Below are positions 43,156 to 51,754 of a DNA stretch of 53,475 nt, piece after piece. How positions within the stretch are numbered: the first letter of the stretch is position 1; each line of letters opens with the position of its first letter. The stretch is from NCBI GenBank assembly GCA_034434315.1, contig DAOTZR010000037.1, forward strand, positions 1 through 53,475, read 5' to 3'. Both the position numbers and the translations under genes were made by a program. The stretch comes from Anaerolineae bacterium (GTDB lineage Bacteria; Chloroflexota; Anaerolineae; B4-G1; SLSP01). Below the pieces are notes generated by a model. The model ran no database searches and was not told the origin of the DNA. It was given only the letters and a program-made list of their open reading frames with translations.

Positions 43156-43751
43156 TGGCCTTAGAACAACGGACTTATCCCGGAGCAATTGATCCGACCA
43201 GTCTGGCTCAGACCCTGGTAGCGGGCTTCAGCTCCTCCATGACCCGCGCGCAGTGGTTTCGGGCCGAGCACGGCGCTGCTGTGGTCCAGATCCAGACCTT
43301 GCGCCGCGAACCGACCGATCCGAGCACGGCTATCACCGTCTACATCACCCCTCTGGCCGAAGGCGGCGTCACCATCGCCATGGATGAGCAGGCCTGGCTC
43401 AACGTCATTGCCGATCTGGCGCGCAGCGGCATCCTGACCCTGCTGCGCCCGCTCAGCCTGCTGCACGAAGCTGACAACATCGCGCGTAATGTCAGCCGGC
43501 TGCAACTACGCCAACAGGTATGGGACGCCATTGACACCTATTGCCGCAAACTGGGCAGCCAGCCGGCAGCGGGGAAGACGCTGGAGACGGTTATCTGCCC
43601 TTACTGTGGTCGGAGCAATCCGATAGGCGAGCTGGAATGCCAGGGCTGTAAGGCTCCGCTGGGCGCCTATCAGCCGGTGCGCTGCGCCCGTTGTGGTTAT
43701 TTGAATGAGGCCGGGGCCAAACGTTGTGCCCGTTGCGGCATACCTTTCTAA
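43152..43751 (+). CDS. Hypothetical protein with C-terminal double zinc ribbon
   Basis: 199 aa. The ATGA overlap with the MFS stop suggests translational coupling. C-terminus CPYCGRSNP...CQGCKAPL...[20 protein letters not shown] do not recognise the N-terminal ~150 aa. Confidence 0.5.
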   Translation: MMALEQRTYPGAIDPTSLAQTLVAGFSSSMTRAQWFRAEHGAAVVQIQTLRREPTDPSTAITVYITPLAEGGVTIAMDEQAWLNVIADLARSGILTLLRPLSLLHEADNIARNVSRLQLRQQVWDAIDTYCRKLGSQPAAGKTLETVICPYCGRSNPIGELECQGCKAPLGAYQPVRCARCGYLNEAGAKRCARCGIPF

Positions 43752-43776
43752 TCCTTATAAGGCGAGGAGGTTTCGG

Positions 43777-44172
43777 GTGGAAAAGAAAATTCGTGTGCTG
43801 ATTGCCAAACCTGGACTGGACGGCCATGACCGCGGGGCTAAGGTGATTGCCCGCGCCCTGCGGGACGCGGGCATGGAGGTGATTTACACCGGACTGCGCC
43901 AGACGCCGGCGGCAGTGGCCGAAGCGGCGCTCCAGGAGGATGTGGACGTGGTCGGCCTTTCGATCCTCTCTGGGGCGCATATGGCGCTGGTCCCGCGCGT
44001 GTTGGATGAGATGAAGCAGCGCGATCTGACGGATGTCCCTGTTTTTGTGGGTGGCATCATCCCCCCCGATGACATTCCGGAGTTGAAGGCCATGGGCGTG
44101 GTCGAGGTGTTCGGCCCCGGTACCAGCACCCAGGCGGTGGTCGAGTTCATCCAGAAGGTCGTGGGCGCTTGA
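43777..44172 (+). CDS. Cobalamin-binding small subunit/domain of methylmalonyl-CoA mutase family
   Basis: GTG 43777 follows [31 protein letters not shown] carries the DxHxxG B12-binding motif. ~131 aa. Confidence 0.85.
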   Translation: MEKKIRVLIAKPGLDGHDRGAKVIARALRDAGMEVIYTGLRQTPAAVAEAALQEDVDVVGLSILSGAHMALVPRVLDEMKQRDLTDVPVFVGGIIPPDDIPELKAMGVVEVFGPGTSTQAVVEFIQKVVGA

Positions 44173-45182
44173 AAACCTGGTTAGCGGCTGCAGAAAATGG
44201 GGATCGGCGTGCGCTGGCGCGCCTGCTTTCCTGGGTGGAGGATGGCACATCCGAAGGCCAGGCCGCCTTGCAGGAACTTTATGCGCGCACGGGGCAGGCG
44301 CACGTGATTGGCATCACCGGTGCGCCCGGCGCCGGCAAGAGCACCCTGGTCGGGCGGCTGGCCCGCGCTTTCCGCGCCGACGTGGCGCAACTCGCCATCA
44401 TCGCCGTGGACCCGTCGAGTCCCTTTTCCGGCGGGGCGCTCCTGGGCGACCGTCTGCGCATGCCGGAACTGAGTAACGATCCGGGCATTTTCATCCGCAG
44501 CATGGCCTCACGCGGCCAAAGCGGGGGGCTTTCGCGCGCTACCCGCGATCTGGTGACGGTTTTCGACGCGCTGGGCTGTCCGATCATCCTGGTGGAAACG
44601 GTCGGGGCCGGCCAATCGGAAGTGGATATTGCCCGCGTGGCCCATACGATTGTGCTGGTCGAAGCGCCGGGCATGGGTGATGAAATTCAGGCCCTTAAGG
44701 CCGGGGTAATGGAAATCGCCGATATCGTCGTGGTCAACAAGGCCGACCGTCCGGAAGCGCAACAGACGGTCAAGGCGCTGCGCGCCGTGCTGCATGACGT
44801 GAGCAGTGCGGGCCATCACGGCCCGCAGATGCAGGCCGAGGGGCCGGGTTATGTGACCGGCGCCGGTTGGGAGGTGCCGATTCTGGAGACAGTGGCTATC
44901 GAATCCAGCGGCATCACCGAGCTGGTGGAGACCATCCGCGCCCATCGGCGGTATCTGGAAAACAGTGGCCTGTGGCAAAAGCGCCTGGAACGGCAGGCCC
45001 GCGCCGATCTGGAAAACTGGCTGCAGCGCTACCTGCTGGCCACGCTGGAAGCCCGCCTTGGCCCGCAACGCCTGCAAGAGGAGGTGGCCCGGCTGGTCCT
45101 GCGCGCCTCTAATCCGCTGAGCGCCGCTCTGGCCCTGCTGCGCGAAGCGGGCCTGGATCCGATTCAATTTTCAAACGAATGA
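44169..45182 (+). CDS. meaB: Methylmalonyl-CoA mutase-associated G-protein chaperone MeaB/ArgK
   Basis: 337 aa with P-loop [18 protein letters not shown] and VVNKAD (NKxD). Confidence 0.9.
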   Translation: MKTWLAAAENGDRRALARLLSWVEDGTSEGQAALQELYARTGQAHVIGITGAPGAGKSTLVGRLARAFRADVAQLAIIAVDPSSPFSGGALLGDRLRMPELSNDPGIFIRSMASRGQSGGLSRATRDLVTVFDALGCPIILVETVGAGQSEVDIARVAHTIVLVEAPGMGDEIQALKAGVMEIADIVVVNKADRPEAQQTVKALRAVLHDVSSAGHHGPQMQAEGPGYVTGAGWEVPILETVAIESSGITELVETIRAHRRYLENSGLWQKRLERQARADLENWLQRYLLATLEARLGPQRLQEEVARLVLRASNPLSAALALLREAGLDPIQFSNE

Positions 45183-45193
45183 GGAGGCCCCCC

Positions 45194-45757
45194 ATGTATT
45201 ACGAAGGTGAGAGAATCCGACTGCGCCCGCCCGAAAGGGCAGAAGTGCCACTGTACCAGCACTGGCTTATGAACCCGGAACAGCGCTTTTACATTACGCA
45301 GCGGTACATGTCGCTGGCCATAGAGGAAAAATGGTTCGAGCGCATGCTCGAAGCCTCGATGCGGCAGCCTCCCAGCGATCTGTACTTCGTGATTGAACTG
45401 CGCGAGACCAAAGACAAACCCAACCTGCCCATCGGCATGACCGGTTTGCATGGCATTCACTGGCTCAATCGCAGCGCCGAATTTGGCATCGTCATCGGCG
45501 AACCGGATTTTTGGGGCCAGGGCTATGGTCGCGATGCCACCCGCACCATCCTGGAAGTGGGGTTTTTGTGGTATGGCCTGCACCGCATCCATCTGACAGT
45601 CTTGGAGGATAATCTGCGCGCCATCCGCGCTTACGAAAGCGTAGGCTTTAAGCACGAGGGCGTAAGCCGCGAGGCGACTCTGGTTAACGGGGTGTACAAA
45701 AATACTTTGAGAATGAGCATTCTGGAGCATGAATTTAAAGCCGGACTCCAGAAGTGA
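45194..45757 (+). CDS. GNAT family N-acetyltransferase (RimJ/RimL-like)
   Basis: ~187 aa from ATG 45194 (MYYEGERIRLRPPE). Acetyl-CoA-binding region WGQGYGRDATRTILEVGF. Confidence 0.8.
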   Translation: MYYEGERIRLRPPERAEVPLYQHWLMNPEQRFYITQRYMSLAIEEKWFERMLEASMRQPPSDLYFVIELRETKDKPNLPIGMTGLHGIHWLNRSAEFGIVIGEPDFWGQGYGRDATRTILEVGFLWYGLHRIHLTVLEDNLRAIRAYESVGFKHEGVSREATLVNGVYKNTLRMSILEHEFKAGLQK

Positions 45758-45763
45758 GGAGGC

Positions 45764-46729
45764 ATGATGGGTTTCAGTTACGGCGATCTGGTGATTTATA
45801 GCGGGAGCGGATGCTACGACCTGGCTGTGGAAATCAGCGCGCGGCTGTCAGTTCCGCTCAGCGACCGGGATGTCATCGTATATCCCAACGAAAACATTTT
45901 CGTGCGCCTACGGGATAGCGTTCGCGGGAAGGATGCGTTTGTCATTCAGACAACCAGCTCCCCGGTGAACAACAATCTGATGGAGCTGTTGATTTTTCTG
46001 GACACGCTCAAGCGCGCTTCAGCCGAACGCATTACCGCGGTGATCCCCTACCTGGCCTATGCCCGCTCCGACAAAAAAGACCAGCCGCGCGTGCCGATTA
46101 CGGCCCGGCTGGTGGCCGACATGATTCAGATTGCTGGAGCCAGTCGCTACATCACCCTGGACCTGCATGCCGGGCAGCTCCAGGGCTTCTTCTCCATCCC
46201 CGGTGACACCCTCACGGCCTTCCCGTTGCTGGCGGATTACATGCGCGACAAGCAACTCCACAACGCGGTCGTGGTATCGTGCGATCTGGGCTTCGCCAAA
46301 AAAGCGCGCAACTTCACCGTGGAACTCGATCTGCCGGTGGCCTTCATCGAAAAGCGCCGCAGCGATGCCGGGGCCGAGGCCCTGACCCTCATCGGGGATG
46401 TGAAAGGCAAAACCGCCATCATCGTGGACGACGAAGTGGACACGGGCGGCTCCATGGCCAACGCGGTCAAGATTGTGAAGGAATACGGCGCGCGAGAAGT
46501 GTACTGCTGTTTTGTTCACCCCGTGCTATCGGGCAACGCGGTCGAAAAGCTGCGCCCCCTGCCGATCACCGAAATCGTCACCACCAATTCGGTGAAAATT
46601 CCGCCCGAAAAGCGCCTGCCCAACATGACTATCCTTTCGGTAGCCCCACTGATTGCCGACGTGATTCGCGACGTTCACGAGGGCCGTAGCGTAGGCGAAC
46701 TGTTCAAGCGCTATCACGGCTACAAGTAA
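45764..46729 (+). CDS. prs: Ribose-phosphate pyrophosphokinase (PRPP synthetase)
   Basis: 321 aa with ITAVIPYLAYARSDKK, DLHAGQLQGFF and the PRPP-binding loop IIVDDEVDTGGS. Confidence 0.95.
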   Translation: MMGFSYGDLVIYSGSGCYDLAVEISARLSVPLSDRDVIVYPNENIFVRLRDSVRGKDAFVIQTTSSPVNNNLMELLIFLDTLKRASAERITAVIPYLAYARSDKKDQPRVPITARLVADMIQIAGASRYITLDLHAGQLQGFFSIPGDTLTAFPLLADYMRDKQLHNAVVVSCDLGFAKKARNFTVELDLPVAFIEKRRSDAGAEALTLIGDVKGKTAIIVDDEVDTGGSMANAVKIVKEYGAREVYCCFVHPVLSGNAVEKLRPLPITEIVTTNSVKIPPEKRLPNMTILSVAPLIADVIRDVHEGRSVGELFKRYHGYK

Positions 46730-46742
46730 GCCGCGGGAGATG

Positions 46743-46777
46743 AAAAAAGGGGGCGAAAGTTATACCTTCGTCCCCTT
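46743..46777 (-). terminator. Intrinsic terminator ending the minus-strand redox gene cluster
   Basis: Minus strand reads AAGGGGACGAAGG-TATAAC-TTTCGCCCCCT followed by TTTTTT, 34 nt after the OsmC stop. Confidence 0.75.
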
Positions 46778-46810
46778 AGGCTGCCTCCGGCCAGATCCAG
46801 GAACCGGCTT

Positions 46811-47263
46811 TTAGTGCGTTAAATCCGCCGGCACGTGTGGCGCCGGGCGGTCGGACACAATCTCAAAACTGGTAGTAATCGTCGCCGTTTGGTTTAACAT
46901 TGCGCTGACCGAGCAATAGGTATGCTTGGAAAGCTCGATAGCGCGCTGCAGGGCCTCCATACTGATGTTCTCGCCATAGGCGATGTACTTAATGTGGATA
47001 GCGGTGTACACCTTGGGATGAGTGTGAGCGCGCTCGGCTTCTACCTGCACCTGCAGGCTGGTGAGTGGCTGGCGCTTCTTCGCCATGATCGAAACCACAT
47101 CCATCGCGGTACAACCCGCCAAGCCGATCAACACCAGCTCCATCGGCGTCGGGCCAGTCTGATGTTCGCCATGACCATCCAGAACAATCGCGGGGCCACC
47201 ATTAGCCTCCCCCAACAGACGCAGACCGGGGCCTACCCAGGTCACCTGTGCTTTAGAACTCAT
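46811..47263 (-). CDS. OsmC/Ohr family peroxiredoxin-like protein
   Basis: 150 aa with PMELVLIGLAGCTAMDV and a second Cys in HTYCSV, the typical OsmC two-Cys layout. Confidence 0.8.
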   Translation of the reverse strand: MSSKAQVTWVGPGLRLLGEANGGPAIVLDGHGEHQTGPTPMELVLIGLAGCTAMDVVSIMAKKRQPLTSLQVQVEAERAHTHPKVYTAIHIKYIAYGENISMEALQRAIELSKHTYCSVSAMLNQTATITTSFEIVSDRPAPHVPADLTH

Positions 47264-47277
47264 ACTGTCCTCCTGAT

Positions 47278-47619
47278 TTACCGTGGTGAATTTTTGGCTG
47301 GAATCACGCAGATAAATTTCAGCGTTCCAGTACCGGTGTTGCGATAGCCATGGGCAACATCGGGCGGGACGAAGGCCGCCAGTCCCGGACGCAAAGATCC
47401 GACCTCCCCTTGCTCATCCAGCAACACCCCTTCACCTTCCAGGACGAAAATCTCATGCTCATAAGGGTGATGATGGGGCTTGAACAACGTCCCTGGCGCC
47501 AGTTCGATGACGCGCATCACATAATTAGGCACGCCATCGGCCTGCGTCAACACCCAGCGGATACTCACCCCTGGCATAACCGGTTCCGGATAAACCTGAG
47601 ATACCTCTTTGATGATCAT
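47278..47619 (-). CDS. Cupin domain protein
   Basis: 113 aa with cupin motifs HHHPYEHEIFVLEGEG and PPDVAHGYRN. Confidence 0.75.
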   Translation of the reverse strand: MIIKEVSQVYPEPVMPGVSIRWVLTQADGVPNYVMRVIELAPGTLFKPHHHPYEHEIFVLEGEGVLLDEQGEVGSLRPGLAAFVPPDVAHGYRNTGTGTLKFICVIPAKNSPR

Positions 47620-47642
47620 CCAACCCTCCTGCAGACTTAAGC

Positions 47643-47894
47643 TTAAGCGGCTGGGGAAGTTGATGAGGGATCGTCCTGGCCCTCATCCTTCGGTGTGACA
47701 CGGCAGCCCCGATCGCGCAGGGTGTAAAGCGGACAGCGCCCACTCAACCCGGTGAGCGCCACAAAGACACCCAGCGCCGCCAGGATCATCCCCGCGGTCC
47801 CCTGGATAAAGAGCACGCCGAACACAACGGCGTACAAACCCAGGGCGAAACGCAGAAAGCGCTCATAGGGACTGTGGATGTTCGGCGCACACAT
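47643..47894 (-). CDS. DUF2892 (YgaP-like) small membrane protein, second paralog
   Basis: 83 aa with ERFLRFALGLYAVVFG...GRCPLYTL. This is the same CPLY motif as the 24707..24904 paralog. Confidence 0.7.
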   Translation of the reverse strand: MCAPNIHSPYERFLRFALGLYAVVFGVLFIQGTAGMILAALGVFVALTGLSGRCPLYTLRDRGCRVTPKDEGQDDPSSTSPAA

Positions 47895-47895
47895 G

Positions 47896-48873
47896 TCAGG
47901 CCTCGATATGTTGCAGGTATTCTTTGATGCTCAGAGCAGCCCGTGCCCCATCGCCCACCGCGACGGCAATCTGAGCAATGGCACCGCTGCGCACATCACC
48001 TGCCGCAAAAATGCCCGGCGTGCGCGTCTGCAGATGGGCATCGGTCACAATGTACCCCAGCCGATCCAATTCTACCACATCCGCGGCGAATTTTGTAAAG
48101 GGCACGTACCCCACGTAAATGAAAACCCCATCCACCGGCAGGGTCTTCTGCTCGCCGGTTTCCCGGTCCTCGATAACCATCGCGGTTACCCGGTCTTCGC
48201 CCAGAATGGCAATGGGCTTATGGTACAGGTAAATTGAGCTTTTGGGATGATGCATGACGCGCTCTTGCAGAATTTTTTCGCCCTTTGAGGTGGGCAAAAA
48301 CTCCACAAAAGCCACGCTTTCCGTGTATTCCAGCAATCCCAGGCCCTCCTGCAGACCGGAGTTCCCCATGCCGATCACCGCCACCCGCTTACCGCGGAAA
48401 AGCGGCCCATCGCAAGTCGCGCAGTAAGAAACCCCGCGCCCGGAGAACTCCGCCTCACCGGGCAGGCCCAGCTTCTTCGGTTCGCTCCCCGTCGCCAGCA
48501 GGACGGCTTTGCCCCGGTACACCTGCTCATCGTTGGTATACACCTCAATCAGCCCCGGCTTGATGGGATTGATCCGTGTGACCTCGCTGAATTCCACCAG
48601 TTCCGCGCCAAAGCGTTCAGCCTGCTCGCGGAACAAGCCCATCAGGTCCTGGCCACTGATGCCCTGCGGGAAACCCGGATAATTTTCGATATGTTCCGTC
48701 GAAGCCGCCAGGCCGCCCACGATAGCGCGCTCCAGAATCAACACCTGCTTACCGTCCCGCGCGCTGTAAATCGCCGCCGTCAAACCCGCCGGCCCACTGC
48801 CGATAATGATCACGTCGTAAAGTTTTCCCGTTTCAGATTTCGGAGTTTCTTTAGGGATGACAAAATCGAACAT
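47896..48873 (-). CDS. trxB: Thioredoxin-disulfide reductase
   Basis: 325 aa with FAD motif IIGSGPAGLTAA, redox-active CATCDG and NADPH motif GMGNSG. Confidence 0.95.
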   Translation of the reverse strand: MFDFVIPKETPKSETGKLYDVIIIGSGPAGLTAAIYSARDGKQVLILERAIVGGLAASTEHIENYPGFPQGISGQDLMGLFREQAERFGAELVEFSEVTRINPIKPGLIEVYTNDEQVYRGKAVLLATGSEPKKLGLPGEAEFSGRGVSYCATCDGPLFRGKRVAVIGMGNSGLQEGLGLLEYTESVAFVEFLPTSKGEKILQERVMHHPKSSIYLYHKPIAILGEDRVTAMVIEDRETGEQKTLPVDGVFIYVGYVPFTKFAADVVELDRLGYIVTDAHLQTRTPGIFAAGDVRSGAIAQIAVAVGDGARAALSIKEYLQHIEA

Positions 48874-48906
48874 GTTTCCCTCCTCTACATTATTTCAGGC
48901 AGAGTA

Positions 48907-48937
48907 AAGCGCGGTCTGCTTTGGGCAGACCGCGCTT
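48907..48937 (-). promoter_or_regulatory. 13-bp perfect hairpin between the disulfide oxidoreductase and trxB genes
   Basis: AAGCGCGGTCTGC/GCAGACCGCGCTT with a 5-nt loop and no strong U-tract. It may be a partial terminator or a processing/stability element. Confidence 0.45.
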
Positions 48938-48947
48938 GAAATGCGAC

Positions 48948-49592
48948 CTAAGCCTCAAGGGCGTGACGAATCGCATCCGCCACCATGGCAGCCGGTGCCG
49001 CGCCTTCGATGCGCTCGCGGTTATTGACCACGGTCAAGGGCACCCCCATGACATCGTAGTCCATGAAGAGCTCCTGATACTCGGTAGCCTCGTAGATGCG
49101 CGCCGTCACCTTATCGCTGAGCAGCGCCATTTCCATCGCCAGCGTCGCTGCACGCGGGCAGTAAGGGCAGGACGTCGTCACAAAGACCTGCAGGTCCACC
49201 GGCTGGGTCAGCCCTTCGATGTAGGCCTTCGTAGCCGCATCCAGCTCGGACTCGCCACGGCTCACCGCCAGCATCCCGTGCAGCAGGGTCGAAAACTCGT
49301 AGCCCGCCGGAATCCCATGGAAACGGATACCATAATCCCGTACGCCCTCAAACACAATCGTCGGAGCTTCGGTGACATTGTACTTCTGCGCCATCTCGGC
49401 GGCCTTCTCCAGAACATAAGCCTCAACGCTCACCTTGTCGGAAAGCCCGGCCACTTCCTCAAGGAGCTGGACTAACTGGTCACAATATTCGCAGCCCTGC
49501 TCCTTTGTAAAGGTCACCAGCTTGACCGGTGACACCATCTCCGCCAGCAATTTGCTGACTTCCTGACGAATCTCAGCATTCAACAAAGCCAT
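48948..49592 (-). CDS. Two-thioredoxin-fold protein disulfide oxidoreductase (glutaredoxin-like PDO type)
   Basis: 214 aa with two CxxC motifs (CEYC and CPYC), one in each thioredoxin-fold half. This is the layout known from thermophile PDOs. Confidence 0.75.
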   Translation of the reverse strand: MALLNAEIRQEVSKLLAEMVSPVKLVTFTKEQGCEYCDQLVQLLEEVAGLSDKVSVEAYVLEKAAEMAQKYNVTEAPTIVFEGVRDYGIRFHGIPAGYEFSTLLHGMLAVSRGESELDAATKAYIEGLTQPVDLQVFVTTSCPYCPRAATLAMEMALLSDKVTARIYEATEYQELFMDYDVMGVPLTVVNNRERIEGAAPAAMVADAIRHALEA

Positions 49593-49631
49593 CTCAAAGC
49601 CTCCTGGATCAGGGTTTTTTAGAGCCCTGTA

Positions 49632-49674
49632 TTTTTTATATAAAAAATTATAACACAGTTGAGGTGGGTGTCAA
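49632..49674 (-). promoter_or_regulatory. Promoter of the PDO-trxB cluster with a 16-bp AT palindrome at the predicted start site
   Basis: Minus strand: TTGACA (49669-49674), 16-nt spacer, extended -10 TGtTATAAT (49647-49655). The perfect palindrome TTTTTTATATAAAAAA lies at 49632-49647. Confidence 0.6.
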
Positions 49675-49688
49675 GTGAGGTAAATAAC

Positions 49689-49721
49689 AAAAAAGACACC
49701 GCCGCGCGGCGGTGTCTTTTT
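49689..49721. terminator. Bidirectional intrinsic terminator (ends tRNA-Glu, insulates the PDO promoter)
   Basis: 10-bp stem AGACACCGCC/GGCGGTGTCT with a GCGC loop, flanked by an A-run (49689-49694) and a T-run (49717-49721). Confidence 0.8.
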
Positions 49722-49722
49722 A

Positions 49723-49795
49723 TGCCCCCAAAGGGATTCGAACCCTTGTACCAGGCTTGAAAGGCCTGTGTCCTGGTCCTCTAGACGATGGGGGC
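49723..49795 (-). tRNA. tRNA-Glu (anticodon UUC)
   Basis: The reverse complement is GCCCCCATCGTCTAGAGGACCAGGACACAGGCCTTTCAAGCCTGGTACAAGGGTTCGAATCCCTTTGGGGGCA. Acceptor GCCCCCA/TGGGGGC, anticodon stem CAGGC/GCCTG with loop CTTTCAA, T-loop TTCGAAT. Confidence 0.9.
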
Positions 49796-49805
49796 AAGTG
49801 CCAGG

Positions 49806-49833
49806 ATTGTAACACAAAGCTCTAATCTGTCAA
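49806..49833 (-). promoter_or_regulatory. Promoter of tRNA-Glu
   Basis: Minus strand: TTGACA (49828-49833), 16-nt spacer, extended -10 TGtTACAAT (49806-49814). The predicted start is a few nt before the tRNA 5' end. Confidence 0.7.
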
Positions 49834-49859
49834 ATGACCTCTTCTGAAAAGTTACCAGG

Positions 49860-49881
49860 GTTTGAGACCAGTTTGAAAAAT
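49860..49881 (+). promoter_or_regulatory. Candidate Pho box: direct repeat GTTTGAgacca GTTTGAaaaat with 11-bp phasing upstream of pstS
   Basis: GTTTGA occurs at 49860 and 49871, exactly 11 bp apart. A third GTTTGAAAAAT lies at 49912. A -10-like TATACC at 49894-49899 is 12 nt downstream of the repeat pair. Winged-helix PhoB/SphR regulators bind phased direct repeats that replace the -35. Confidence 0.35.
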
Positions 49882-49939
49882 GTCAACGCGCGCTATACCC
49901 GACACAGCGAGGTTTGAAAAATTCATCGAATTCTGTATA

Positions 49940-50842
49940 ATGTTACTTGTGGCTATCAGGAAGTGTTTCTGGATAGGGTTGGTCGTGAGCATCATCATCC
50001 TGACAGGCTGCGCTGGCCCCGGCCAGGAGCAGCCTGTCACTCCCATCGCCGTGACCACCATTCAAAATAAAGGCTCGGACACGATGGTCAACCTGGCCCT
50101 GGCCTGGGCGGAACGCTATCAGGAAATCAATCCTGACGTACGCTTATCGGTGACAGGCGGGGGGTCAGGCACCGGCATCGCTGCACTGCTCAATGGGACG
50201 GTAGACCTGGCCAATGCTTCGCGGCGCATCAAGCCCGAAGAAATTGCCGAAGCCGAAAAGCAGGGAATTACCCCCACCGAATTTGTCGTCGCCCGCGACG
50301 CCATCGCGGTCATCGTCCATCCCGATAACCCTGTAGACCATCTGACCCTGCAGCAAATCTCCGACATCTATCAGGGCAAGATCACCAACTGGAAAGAGGT
50401 TGGCGGGGAGGATCGCCCGATTGTCCTGCTTTCGCGCGAGACTAACTCGGGCACGCACGTCTACTTCCTCGAAGAAGTTGTACGCCTGGGAAAAGCTAAA
50501 GCTACCGACATCCTTTTCTCGCCTGAAACGCTGCTCATGCCCTCATCCGAAGGCATCACAGCCGAGGTGCGTCAAAATCCCAACGCCATCGGCTATGATG
50601 GCCTGGGCTACGTGACACCCGAAGTTAAAACGATCGCCATCGGTCTCACCCCTGAAGGGCCTTTTTATCCGCCTTCCATTGAAACGGTCAACCGGGGTGA
50701 GTATCCCATCGCCCGCGATCTGTACATGTACACTGCCGGTGAACCACAGGGCGCGCTCAAGGCCTACCTGGAATGGATTCTCAGCGCCGAAGCCCAGGCT
50801 ATCGTCAAAGAACTGGGTTTTGTCCCGATTATTCAGAACTGA
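49940..50842 (+). CDS. pstS: Phosphate ABC transporter substrate-binding lipoprotein PstS
   Basis: The signal peptide MLLVAIRKCFWIGLVVSIIILTGC (lipobox LTGC) begins at ATG 49940; the track start 49880 is less plausible. Motifs GSDTMVNLA and SGTGIAAL fit PBP-like_2. The start codon is uncertain because no ribosome-binding site is present. Confidence 0.8.
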   Translation: MLLVAIRKCFWIGLVVSIIILTGCAGPGQEQPVTPIAVTTIQNKGSDTMVNLALAWAERYQEINPDVRLSVTGGGSGTGIAALLNGTVDLANASRRIKPEEIAEAEKQGITPTEFVVARDAIAVIVHPDNPVDHLTLQQISDIYQGKITNWKEVGGEDRPIVLLSRETNSGTHVYFLEEVVRLGKAKATDILFSPETLLMPSSEGITAEVRQNPNAIGYDGLGYVTPEVKTIAIGLTPEGPFYPPSIETVNRGEYPIARDLYMYTAGEPQGALKAYLEWILSAEAQAIVKELGFVPIIQN

Positions 50843-50851
50843 GCCGAGGTT

Positions 50852-51745
50852 ATGCCAAGAAAGAAAAGCTTTGAATTCTTCATTGAACGTGCCATCCAGA
50901 TCTCAGGCTTTTCGGCCATTGCCCTGGTGGCGCTTATCTTCATGTTCCTGATTCGCGAAGGGGTGCCAGCGTTCTTTAAGGTTCCCCTCGCCAGCCTCAT
51001 CACCACACGCTGGTATCCCATCGAAGGCCACTTTGGCCTGCTGCCCCTCATCCTGGGGTCCTTGATTGTTACCGTAGGGGCGGCGCTGGTCGCCCTACCC
51101 CTTGGCCTGTTAACCGCCATCTTCATCGCCGAAATCGCCCCGGAATGGGCACGCAATCTCCTTAAACCCCTGGTGGAAATCCTGGCGGGAATTCCTTCCG
51201 TGGTCTTAGGCTTTTTCGGCATGGTCGCCATCGCCCCCCTGGTGCGCGTCACCCTGAACATACCCACCGGTCTGACGGCTTTAACCGGGGCGCTTTTACT
51301 GGCATGGATGGCACTGCCCACTATCGTTAGCGTGGCTGAGGACGCCCTGGACGCTGTCCCCAACACCTACCGTGATGCCGGGCTGGCCCTGGGCTTGACG
51401 CAATGGCAGACCATCTGGCGCATCGTCGTACCTGCAGCTCGTTCGGGCATCCTCACAGCTATGATGTTGGGGGTTGGACGCGCCATTGGCGAAACCATGA
51501 CGGTCATGATGGTAACCGGCAACGCTGCCCGCATGCCGATTACCCCGGATAGCCTGGTTCGCCCGGTCCGCACTATGACCGCGACTATCGCTGCTGAAAT
51601 GGGGGAAGTTGCGCGGGGCAGTGCTCACTATCACGTGCTCTTTGCGGTAGGCCTGGCCTTGTTCGTGATCACCTTCATCATCAACATGCTCGCGGCGGCG
51701 TTTGTGTTCCGTCAGGTGCGCCGCTCCGAACGGATCATGTCCTGA
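50852..51745 (+). CDS. pstC: Phosphate ABC transporter permease PstC
   Basis: 297 aa with 6 TM helices and an EAA-like loop (ALGLTQWQTIWRIVVPAARSGI). Its position is right after pstS. Confidence 0.9.
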   Translation: MPRKKSFEFFIERAIQISGFSAIALVALIFMFLIREGVPAFFKVPLASLITTRWYPIEGHFGLLPLILGSLIVTVGAALVALPLGLLTAIFIAEIAPEWARNLLKPLVEILAGIPSVVLGFFGMVAIAPLVRVTLNIPTGLTALTGALLLAWMALPTIVSVAEDALDAVPNTYRDAGLALGLTQWQTIWRIVVPAARSGILTAMMLGVGRAIGETMTVMMVTGNAARMPITPDSLVRPVRTMTATIAAEMGEVARGSAHYHVLFAVGLALFVITFIINMLAAAFVFRQVRRSERIMS

Positions 51746-51754
51746 GGTGCACTG

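Noticed and set aside
43591-45167. 219-aa minus-strand ORFs (43591..44250 and 44508..45167)
   Set aside because: They are antisense to the B12-binding subunit and meaB genes, which carry DxHxxG and P-loop/NKxD motifs.
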